Below, piece after piece: positions 44,099 through 55,500 of a stretch of DNA of 64,000 bases. How positions within the stretch are numbered: position 1 is the first letter of the stretch; every line of letters starts with the position of its first letter. This stretch comes from a virus. The DNA lies in the IMG/VR virus record IMGVR_UViG_3300021961_000053, positions 1 to 64,000 of that record; one strand, given 5' to 3'. Position numbers and translations under genes: made by a program. The notes below the pieces were generated by a model, which was given only the letters and a program-made list of their open reading frames with translations, ran no database searches and had not been told where the DNA came from.

Positions 44099-44305
44099 AT
44101 GGGACTCTACCCAGTAGACAAAGGTAATGATTTTCTAAAGGAAGGCAAGACGCTAATCACCGAACATGACAGTGAGAGGTATCTAGAAGCGCACAGAAAG
44201 AGCAAGAAACGCGACGAACTATACGACATACCAGAAGACAGAATGAGCCGCCCCTGTGGCGGTCCTGGGGGATTCGATGATTTTGTAGAGCGTTGGCATG
44301 AGTGA
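44099..44305 (+). CDS. Hypothetical protein (68 aa)
   Basis: GAGG SD (inside a hairpin). Confidence 0.65.
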   Translation: MGLYPVDKGNDFLKEGKTLITEHDSERYLEAHRKSKKRDELYDIPEDRMSRPCGGPGGFDDFVERWHE

Positions 44306-44336
44306 ATAAATACAAATAGCTTCGTATCTTCATGCA

Positions 44337-44729
44337 ATGCAGACCTTTAAGACGTTTAAGGATTTAAGCGTCACATTTAAAAAACATCCTATGACCAATG
44401 AGTTACTCACGGTCAAGGATCAGGCTGCAATTAAACAGTCGATCATGATTTTGCTTCTAACAGAAAAGAATGAGCGACTGTTTAAACCCAAATTCGGAAG
44501 TGCTATTTACTCAATGTTATGGGAACCACTCGATTTTGCTAGTGCTGCGATCATTCGCAGTGAAATTGGTCAAGTATTAGCACAATATGAACCACGTATT
44601 AATGTAACTGAGATAATATGCAATCCAGACTTTAACAACAATGGATTTGATGTAGAAGTTCATTATGAAATTATAGGAAGAGACGATACTCCACAAAACG
44701 TAGCTTTTACATTAGAGAGAACTCGATAA
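44337..44729 (+). CDS. gp25: Baseplate wedge subunit gp25
   Basis: AIKQSI..LLLT...ERLF.P.FGS.....L.EP...YEPRI motif; AATAAATA upstream. Confidence 0.9.
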   Translation: MQTFKTFKDLSVTFKKHPMTNELLTVKDQAAIKQSIMILLLTEKNERLFKPKFGSAIYSMLWEPLDFASAAIIRSEIGQVLAQYEPRINVTEIICNPDFNNNGFDVEVHYEIIGRDDTPQNVAFTLERTR

Positions 44730-46526
44730 ATGCCATACGCTCAGATTTCAAATCTTGACTTTAATGATATTAAAGTAGTTCTCAAAGAATACATGAGAAC
44801 ACAGTCAGATTTTACTGACTATGATTTTGAGGGATCCGTTCTCAGCAATCTATTAGATGTTCTTGCCTATAACACTTATTATACGGCATTTAACACCAAC
44901 ATGGCAATCAATGAGTTATTCATTGATAGTGCCACAATCAGAGACAACGTTGTTGCTATTGCCAGACAACTTGGATATAGACCAAGATCTATTACCAGTT
45001 CAACAGCATATGTCAATTTTACAGTTGAGTATGCAAATCCAACAACTGATGTAGAACTAATCCTCAGAAAAGGAACAGGATTTGTTGCATCATTCAATAA
45101 TAAGGTTTATCAATACGTAACACCTGTAGACGTAAAAACACAGGTGGTGAATGATGTCGCAACTTTCACTAACGTTTTAGTAAAAGAAGGCACCCAGATA
45201 GAGAATCAGTTTATTGTCAATACTTCCAATAAATCACAGAGATTTATTCTAGACAACAGAAATATAGATACTGATACGATTCAAGTAGAAGTCTTTGCAG
45301 ATGGTTCTAGTTTTAGCGAACCATATCTTCTTGCTGACAACATCCTCGATGTAACTTCAACAACAAAAGCATTTTTCCTCAATGAAATCGAAGACCAACG
45401 ATATGAGTTGATCTTTGGTGATGGTATCATTGGAAAGAAACTTGATGATCAATCTTTAGTTGTTGTTCGTTATGTTGTTACTAATGGTCCAGAAGCAAAT
45501 GGAATCAGAACTTTTGTATTTTCTGGAATTTTAGAAAACGAGTTTGGCATTTCCCCACTATCATTCGATACAAGTATCAATTCCACAGTTGCAGCAACTG
45601 GTGGCGAAGCAATTGAAAGCATTCAATCGGTAAAATATAGTGCTCCAAAAACATTTGGCACACAGAATAGAGCAGTTACAGCATCTGACTATTCTGCACT
45701 AGTGAGAAATGCATATCCATCGGTTGGAGACATTATTGTTTTTGGTGGTGAAGATCAAGACCCACCTCAATATGGAAAAGTTTTTATCTCTGTAAAACCC
45801 AGAGATTCTGCATATCTAACTTCATTTAGTAAGCAAAAAATTCTTGATGAATTGAAAAAGTATTCGGTGGCATCTGTTCAAGCAGAAATAGTAGATCCAT
45901 CAATACTCTACGTTGAATTAAACAGTAAGATATTCTTCAATAGTTCAACAACAGATCTAACAGCATCTCAGATAGCAGCACTTGTAACAAGAAATTTCCA
46001 ATCTTATATTGAAAGATCTGATACAGAAAAGTTCAACGGAAAGTTTAGATTTAGTAAAGCAGTTAGCGTTATTGATGATTCTGCTAAAGCAATCAATTCC
46101 AATTTAACTACTGTTAAAATGAGGAAGGATTTTTATCCACAGTTGAACTCTACAACATATTATGAAATATGTTTCCAAAATGCATTTGATAAAGATTGTG
46201 ATGGTCCAACCCTTTCTACGACTGGGTTTAGAGTAACCGAGTATCCGAATTTTGATGTCTATTTAGAAGATAGGGATGGCAAAATTGTCCTATATAGACT
46301 AGATGCTATAACTGGTGAAAAAGTTGTTCTAGACAAGGAAGTTGGCGATATTAATTATGAAAAAGGTGAATTGATGATGTATGATCTAACAATAATTAAA
46401 GGATCATTCTTTGATAATCGTATCTCAGTTAGAGTAAATCCACTATCTAATGATATCAAGGCAGCTCGTGAAGTTTATCTTGATGTTGATGTAGCAAATT
46501 CGACCTTCATTGCGTACAAAGAGTAA
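44730..46526 (+). CDS. gp6: Baseplate wedge subunit gp6
   Basis: LDF..IK..L..Y.....FTDYDFEGS....LLDVLAYNTYY; QNRAVTA.DY; YGKVFIS.KP. Confidence 0.92.
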   Translation: MPYAQISNLDFNDIKVVLKEYMRTQSDFTDYDFEGSVLSNLLDVLAYNTYYTAFNTNMAINELFIDSATIRDNVVAIARQLGYRPRSITSSTAYVNFTVEYANPTTDVELILRKGTGFVASFNNKVYQYVTPVDVKTQVVNDVATFTNVLVKEGTQIENQFIVNTSNKSQRFILDNRNIDTDTIQVEVFADGSSFSEPYLLADNILDVTSTTKAFFLNEIEDQRYELIFGDGIIGKKLDDQSLVVVRYVVTNGPEANGIRTFVFSGILENEFGISPLSFDTSINSTVAATGGEAIESIQSVKYSAPKTFGTQNRAVTASDYSALVRNAYPSVGDIIVFGGEDQDPPQYGKVFISVKPRDSAYLTSFSKQKILDELKKYSVASVQAEIVDPSILYVELNSKIFFNSSTTDLTASQIAALVTRNFQSYIERSDTEKFNGKFRFSKAVSVIDDSAKAINSNLTTVKMRKDFYPQLNSTTYYEICFQNAFDKDCDGPTLSTTGFRVTEYPNFDVYLEDRDGKIVLYRLDAITGEKVVLDKEVGDINYEKGELMMYDLTIIKGSFFDNRISVRVNPLSNDIKAAREVYLDVDVANSTFIAYKE

Positions 46527-46530
46527 ATAA

Positions 46531-49500
46531 ATGGCAATTAAGACCAAAAAAATCTCTGCTCTTATTGAGTCTCAACTTCCTAATTTTATAGTTGATGAGT
46601 ACCCATTGTTCTCCAAGTTTTTGGAGAAGTATTATGAGGCACAGGAAAATAGTGGGCAACCTCTAGATCTTGCTAATAATATCTTAGAGTACGCAGATAT
46701 TAATTATTATGAGTCTAATTTGCTCAAGGAAAATACTCTATTGAGTAGCACTATCTCAGCATCAGATTCAACTATTGTGTTGGATGCTGGAGATTCATTC
46801 CCAGATAAAAATGGATACGTCAGAATTAATGACGAGATTATTTTTTATGGCAGGAGAAATGGAAACATTCTCACAAACTGCTCCAGAGGCGTCAGTGGCA
46901 ACACCACCCTAGGAGATTTATACGAACAGTCTTCATTCGTTACTACAGAGGCAGCAGGACACGTCTCAGGGTCTGTTGTATATAACGTAAGTAATCTTTT
47001 CCTGTATGCTCTTATCAAGAGCTTTGAATCTCAATACCTGGCATCATTTCCAGAGAAATATCTCAAGGGTGCGGTAGACAAAAGAACCCTTATCAAGAAT
47101 ATAAAGCAGTTTTACAAAACAAAAGGAACCACTGCTTCTATTAGATTCATTTTCAACTCTATTGTCGCAAAAGACACTAGAGATGTCCCAGAAACATATA
47201 ACCCAACAGATTACACATACAAGGCATCTAATGCCGATTGGATTAATGTATTTGCTATAAAAGCAAAGGTTGTATCTGGAGATCCAAATGATCTAATTGG
47301 AAAGGTCATTGTTCAAGAAGAAACCGATGAATATGGATATGCATCAGCAACTGTTGATAATGTTTATCCAGATGGTACTTCCGATGGAGAACAAATTTGG
47401 AACATTGTTTTAGCACCAGAAACAGTAAATGGAACTTTTGCAATTTCCACTAAGACTCGCTTAGAAAAAGAACTACAAACAACCGATGGTGTTGGAAAGA
47501 GAGTTAATGTTTTCTCTACAGTAGGATGGGGAAAGACTGGGGAAATTCTAATCGGTGATGAAATAATTAAATTTGAAGAAAAAAATGTAACTCAGTTTGT
47601 AATCAAGAAAAGAGGAAATATAACCTACACTCATAGTGTTGGTGCTTCTGTATATAAACCAGTTACTATTTCTGGATCCAATGTCACTATGCTGACATTT
47701 GGTGTTGTCTATAATTTGAAGCCAAATAATTTACAACCATATTCCTTTACTGGAGATAAAGTTCAGATTTCAAATCCTGGATTTGAAACCTCAGATCCAA
47801 AGATTGTATTAAGTGGAACAAATCAAGTACGCTGGTTGTTAAATCGCAACCTTCCTGTAAGCATTACATCAATTCCATTATTACAAACTTCTCTTGATGA
47901 TGTCTCTACTGATGTATCTGCTATTTTTAGCGATGATCAATACTATTACATCACAACCTCTGGTTTTCCATCTTATAACATTCTCAATGGTTCTACAGTA
48001 ACTCAGACTGTTCAAGATCAGAAGATCTTACGTATTATAAGAAAGCGAGCAACTAGAACTACAGAAAAATATAATACTCCAAAATCTGAAGTTGGAATTC
48101 TACTGAACGGAGCTAGAGTTTATTGTCATAAAGATTCTGAAAGCATTCGATATGGAAAACTAGAGAGTATTGCAGTTAATACTCAAGGAAGTGGTTATGC
48201 TAAACCACCTTTTGTATTACTCGACGGTGTTCCAAATAAAGCAAGAGCAATTCTTTCTGGATCTGTTGTTGAAAGATATGTTGTTGATACAAAAGATACG
48301 TTTAGAAGAACACCAGTTGTAGAAGTAACATCTGGCAGAGGAGCAGTTGTTCGTGCAATTGTTACTGGAGATAAGATTACATCTTTGGTTATTGATAACC
48401 CTGGCGAATACTATTCGTCCCCACCACTTATTAGAATTACAGACAAGAATGGAAAGGGAAGATTCGCGGATTATACATCTGTTGTAAACACAGATGGAAA
48501 AATTACTGGGTTTATCAAAAATGATGAAGGAACTTTCTACAATCAGAATACTGTAGTAGTTGATGTTATTCCTGTCGGTAAAGGTGCAACAGCAACTCCA
48601 TTTTTGAAAGAATGGAATTTCAATAGATTTGAAAAGTTAAAAACCAATCTTGATTCCGAGTATGGATATGTTTTCAAGAATTATAATAACGTTTTAGAAT
48701 ATGGTTATGGACACGTAGCAAATCCAAAAGCACTCAGAGTTGCACTCAATGATAACTTGGGTCCTTCTGGGATCGAGCCATCCACAAAAGTGCATTCCCC
48801 AATTATCGGATTTGCTTATGATGGAAATCCAATTTATGGTCCTTTTGGTCATCAGAATCCTTTAGATCCACAGTCACCTATTGCTAGAATGACTTCTAGT
48901 TATTCTAGAAAAGGAACTAGGGCAGATGGTCCTTCTATGACGACATATCCATTGGGATCATTCACAAATGATTATGTTTATACTCATAAATCTGGGTCTC
49001 TAGATGAAAATAATGGAAGATTCTGTATTACTCCAGATTATCCAGAAGGGGTTTATGCTTATTTTATTACAATCGATAGTAATCAAGTACCACAATATCC
49101 ATATATTTTAGGGGAAAATTTCTATTCACTTCCAGTTGAAAGTAATTATGCTTCTGACATCAATCAAAACGATATTCCAAAAAATTCAAAAAGGTTATTC
49201 GTTCCTGGTATGCCACAGAATGGAAGTGGTGTTGTTGCAGAAATTGCAGAAGTAAAATCTGGAACTGTCGATGCAATCAGTATTGATAGATCATCCGATA
49301 ACTTTTCTGTTAATTCTAAACTGTATTTTGACAATAGAGGGACGGATGGATCTGATGCCGAAGCACTGGTAGAATCGGTAAAAGGAAAAGTAGTATCTTA
49401 CCTCGATAGTTATGAAAACAAAGTAGTAAAACTAACTACGATTCAAAATGCATATCTCTTTACAGATGATACATTAAGACAACCATCGTCTGGAGCATCT

Positions 49501-52500
49501 GGAGTTATTGTTGGTGAAGTTAAAAACGACAATGTTGTTGTGTTAAAAAATGTTGTTGGCACTTTTGATAATACAGGAACATTTTCAGCAGACATCAAAA
49601 CTTTCTTCATTCTTTTAGATCAAAAGAGTTCTTTTACAAAAGGTGCTACAATAAGCCTTACCGATGGTATAAATCCACCTATTGCCACTGCAGAAATCTT
49701 AAATGGAACTGCTGCTCAGAATGTAGTTGAAATTAAGGTTGAAACTGGAGATTGGTTACAATTTAACCAAGCGGATTACTTCTTACAATCAGATAATCTA
49801 TTTGACACATCTGGAACCAGACCAGTTATCCTCACTTCTTTAAGCGATAATTTGGAACCATTTGAAGTAAATCAAAGTGTTGCTCTTATTGAAACAGCAT
49901 CAAATCATGGTCTTGGAGTTGGTGATAAAGTCAATGTTGATATCTTCCCAGATGATGCATCTAAAACCAAGACGTACTATTTGAGAAAAAGATTATACCA
50001 GGATGTTGTATTAAAAGCACCTCAATTTAAGACTTCTATAAATGACACTGGAGTTGGAAGATTTCAAATTTTAAATGGTGGAGCTGGTTATACTCCAGGA
50101 ACATATACTAATGTACCACTGACTGGTGGATCTGGAAGTGGTCTGACAGCTACTATTACAGTTTCCAATGCTGGTATTGTATCTTCAATACAACTTCAAA
50201 ATGGTGGTAATGGATATAAAAAAGCAGATTACCTTGGAGTTGACGATGAATCTTTACAAAGATCTGTTAATTTTGGCAGCACTCAGAGGTTAGCATTATA
50301 TGTTGATCATGTAGGATTTGCTTCTGGATCTACAAATCTCACTCTTGATAGTGTAACTGGTATCTCTGAAAATGATTTGATTTTTATTGGAGAAGAAATT
50401 ATTAAAGTTTCTTCAATTGCAGGTAAAACTCTTACTGTTTTGAGAGCAAGAGAGAACACAATCGATGCAGATCACTATAATGGTCAAGAAGTATCTTTGT
50501 ATAAACCAAGATACAATTTTGATGCGAATTTCCAAGTAGGATCTGGAATTGGTAGTGGATACATTGCTTCTTATGATTTAGAAACTCAAAAAGCAACTAT
50601 TGTTTATGACTATTCCACATTAAAGGAAACGGCAAAAAATGTAAAGATAAGTACCACTTTCTTTGATAATAGTGTTCCTTCTAGATTGGTTTCTATTAGA
50701 ACTGTAGATCCAATAGAATATAAATTTGAATTTTCAGAAGATAACGTTAATTATATTCCAAACCCAACTATAGAGATACAGGAATATTACAAATACAAAT
50801 TTGACACATCACATTCATCACTAACTGGAACATATTTTGATTTGAGTCCTAGTAAAAATTATAATGTAATTACAACCGAGAAATTAGCATCCAACATTCT
50901 TCCTGGAAACCCTGGAGCATTTACAGATGTTAAATTTGGATTTGGACCAAGAATTGCTGGAAATAATTATCAGACAAAAACAGGAACGGATTTTACGAAT
51001 TTCTACTATTTTGACAAAAAGGGAATCGTAGATTCGGATGGAAAATATCTAAAGATCATCACAGATCCACTTCAAGGTGAAAAGGTATTAAATTATGTTA
51101 CTCCAAACAGATTTGTATATAATATTGTAGATCCGCCCCTTTGGGACGGATCTGGTTCAATCACATATACTACTACTGGACAATTTGCAGTTGGTGAATT
51201 AAATTCCATCAAGATTACAAATCTTGGATTAAATTATAAAAAAGTTCCAGTTATTGCTGGCATTGATCCAAACCAAAACTTTAAAGCAAAAGCTACAGTT
51301 TTATTTGATGCTGCAACTAGCACTATAACTGGAGTTTCATTGGATGATAAAGGATCAAACTACACAAATCCAAAAGCAGTTATTATAGATGGTGATGGAA
51401 TTGATGCAACATTTAATTTGGTTGTTAGAGATGGAAGTATTTTCTCAATTACTATAGGTAACCCAGGAAGAGGATATACATATGCTCCTACTATTGAAAT
51501 TGTTGAGGGTGATGTAGAGGCATATGTTGATAGCTCAACTATAGGTATTCCACAAAGTATTAATATCATAAGAAATGGTGGGGCATTTCATTTAGATAAG
51601 ACAATATCTTCCAAATTTGAATCGAAATACACAGTTTCTCTCAAGAACTTTAGTGGAAATTTCCAAAGAGGGGAAACTGTTATCCAGAAAATTGGTCAAA
51701 CAGAAATTTCTAGATCAACAGTATCTGAATGGAGACTTGGATCTAATCTTCTCAAACTAGAGAATATTAGAGGTATCCTTAGAGAAGACATTGCAATTGA
51801 AGGATTGGTGTCTCGTGCAAATGGAAATGTGAAGGCAGTATATGCTACCACCTTTGCAGAGAGCATAACTGCTTTCTTTGACAATGTTGGATATTACAAA
51901 TCTGATAAAGGAAAACTTGGTGTATCAAATCAAAAAATTACCGATAGCTTTTTCTATCAGGACTATTCATATGTAATTAAGTCTAAGACTCCTATCGAAC
52001 AATGGAGAGACTTAATCAAGTCAACAACTCATCCAGCTGGATTTAGACTATTTGGGCAAGTTGATATTGAAGCTTCTGCACAAGTTGAAATGCCAGTAGA
52101 GATGCCAAAAGCATCGCACTATAGTGTAATTCAACTTTGGGATCCAAACAAAAATAAAATAACGGTAGAAAATACCAGAAGGACAATAACTCAAACTATC
52201 CAGAAGATAGAGAACCAAAGAATCCGAAAAGGAGTTGGATCCGCTGCTACATCAGAGTTTAATTTCAATGAATCTCGTGCATTCACATTTACACTCAATG
52301 GATCTTTTGATGGATATTATGATTCAAATGGCAGATTGCAAGGAACAACGACTTTCCAGATACTAGACGATCAAGGATTCCCATTCTTCCCAGCAAGTTC
52401 TAAGAATTTGATTGTAACTCTGGATGGAATTCTTCAAGAACCAGAAGTAGCATACACTATTTCTGCAGATAATATCATTTTCTCCCAACCACCACTTGGA

Positions 52501-55500
52501 CCATATCAGAAACTGACTGGCAGTACATTAACAGCTCTTACTCCATATGCTGGCGTTACTTTCTACGGTAGATATTTTAGTTTCAAAGATAGTCAATATA
52601 ATACAAGGTACTTTAAAAAGATTAGAAACATCTTCCAGAGAAATGGAAGATGGTTGGATGCTGCTAATCAAATTGAAAGAAACAGAAGTTTCATCGTAGA
52701 GGAATCTATTGGTTATGGAAGATCAAAGTATCCATCACTAGATTGGAGCACCAAGCAAGATGATTATGAGAGAGATCTGGGATATATTCTTGATGCGTAT
52801 CAACATGATATTAGATTTGGTGGTAATGTAAAGACTGTTGATTATGTTTCTTTCTTTAATCAAGATACTGATTATGATTATATCACAGACAACAAAGTTC
52901 AATCACTGAGCATATTTAAGTATGCCACCAACTTGGCAAAACTTTCCGTTAGAAATTGGGATGTTGTAGAAACTGGAGTATCTTATATTCAAGGATCTAA
53001 AGTAGTTATAGTACAAGATACTAATAATCTTGCTGTTGGTATGCATATTAGTTCTGGGAGATCATACGCTCCAGGAACAAAGATTGTTTCTATTGATAGT
53101 GCTACTCAAGTTACATTGTCACATGCTGCTCTTGCTAACTCTGGTGGTGGTGGTGGAGCTCCTGATGGAACTACCACATATAGTGGAACAAGCGGTGGTA
53201 ATGTTACTGCTCCTACAAATACTGTTGCTATTGAGCCAGGTGATACTTTTGCGGTTGAACCAGGAGATACTTTTATAGCTCCAGTATCATTCTCTGGATC
53301 AGATACGGCAACATTCTTCTTCAGCGGAATCAACAGTGGAACGTTCTATGATGCTGCCAATTTAATCTCATACAATAAAGAGTATCTACAAGAAGAAATC
53401 AGTGGATATATCTATGACAACTATACCCTATCCACAGATGTAAGCAAGTGCTATAGAGATCTTGGTTACCTAGTTGATGCTATCACATACCATTTAAAAT
53501 TTGGTGGAAATGAGAAGGTTGTAGAGTTTGCAAGACTTTACTATACAAATGCTGGATATCCATATGGAGAGGAACTAACCTATATTAATAGAACTGCAGA
53601 AGAAACTGCTGCTGCTATTGATGCATGGGAAAAACTTGGAGAGAAGATGATTCTTGCCATGAGGAATTCTCTTGGCGCTGGAGCATATACAGCAATTCTT
53701 CCAGTTACAGATACTTCAATTGCTGTTGATCCAGTTTCACCATATTGTTCCGAAGTGGCATCTGCTATCAACTCTTATGTTGATATAGTCAAGGATATTC
53801 TTGCAAACGGAACTGGTGCTGTAGATTCAGTTGGAATCAACGCTACCAAACCTGGATATTGGACTGATACAAAACCATCTATTGATTATAATCTAATCCC
53901 AGATCCTTCAAAACCAGGAACAGGTGAGTGTGATGATGTTGTCTCTGCAATTGATTCTCTTTATGATAATGTTGATGATGTCCTTGCAGAACTATTGGTT
54001 GCAAAAAATCTCCCAGATTATGTCGACGGAGAAAATAAAGTATTTGAGTTGTATTGGGATGATGATACAGAGGTTTCTACAGAAGAAGATGAAGATCTAT
54101 TCTTAATGATCAATGCTGTTCTTCAAAGACCTAAGTACAATGCAGAATACCCAGGTGGTGATGCATACTATATTGATAGAAACACGATTCCAAATAAACT
54201 AGTCTTTGATGTTGCTCCAATTTGGGACCAAGATTTTGGTGCTAAGAGCATTGGAGAACCAACTGCTGTGGAGAAAGTGGTCGGTATTGGTGTTGGTAAC
54301 TATAAGAGACTAACAATTGACTATAATCTTGTCAATGGAGTTAAGACTGGACCATTCCTAATCCTTGATGTTGAGGACAAAACAGTTCAGAGTGTTGAAG
54401 AGAAGGAATATCTGTATGTCTTCTTAGATGGTGTTTTACAAAGAGAAGGATATAGCTACATTGTTTCTGGTCCAAATATCTATTTCAATGTTCCTATTAA
54501 GAAGGAAATGAAGATTGATATGAGATATCTCTATGGTAGAGATGTCGGACAGATCCTAAACATTTATGATTTTGCTCCAGATACCTATTTTGCTACTGGT
54601 ACTTTTATTATAGAGTCTAGTTCATCATTGATTAATGATTATTTGAGCTATAGATGGATGGGAAATCTTTCTGGATTTGGAGTTCATTGTTGGCAACAAA
54701 GACCAGATGGAACTTACAACGTAATTGGAAAACTTACCAATCCATATAGAACTTCGTCTGAAATCAAGTTTGATGTTGTAAGATCTCAGAACGCAACTAT
54801 TATTCCTGGATTAGATATTGTATTTGCTGTTGAGGGCAGATATTCAAGAACATTCACTCTCCCAACATCAGAATTTACAAATGCAACTTTAACATTAGAA
54901 GTTGATGAATTTGGAAGAAAGATACTTTCAAGTGAAGATGCTTATTGGTATGGAACTTTCTTCAGAAGATTCCACAAAAATCCTTTCGTAAGCCTATCTA
55001 ATGGCGACAAGATCCGCGTAGAAGGAGAAGATAAATTCAGAAGTATTAAAGTTCTCCCGCAAAAAACCACATCAAAAGATGGCAGAGATGGAGAGCAACT
55101 ATCAGATGACATATATGGATCTGTTGAGGTAGAGACTTATAATGGTATTACTCGCGGAGAAGGTCTCAGTGTTGTTGCAACTATTGAAAATGGAAGTGTT
55201 GTTTCTCTATCTTGGAACCAACGCAGCTGGGATCCACTGACTCAACCAACAGCATATCAGTATTTTACACCACCTGTTCTTGAATTTGTTCCAGAAAATG
55301 GAGATGGCGGCGGCGCAAGAGCCGAAGTAATAGTAAGCAAAGGTCAGGTTATCAGTGTTGATCTTCTTGATGGTGGTTCTGGATACACCAAGGCACCGAA
55401 GGTTGTTGTTGCCAGAAGATATGAAATTCTTAATGAGAGAGACATTGGTGTATCACTAATTCGCGTGGGAATCAATCCATACGTTGAACATGCTGGAATG

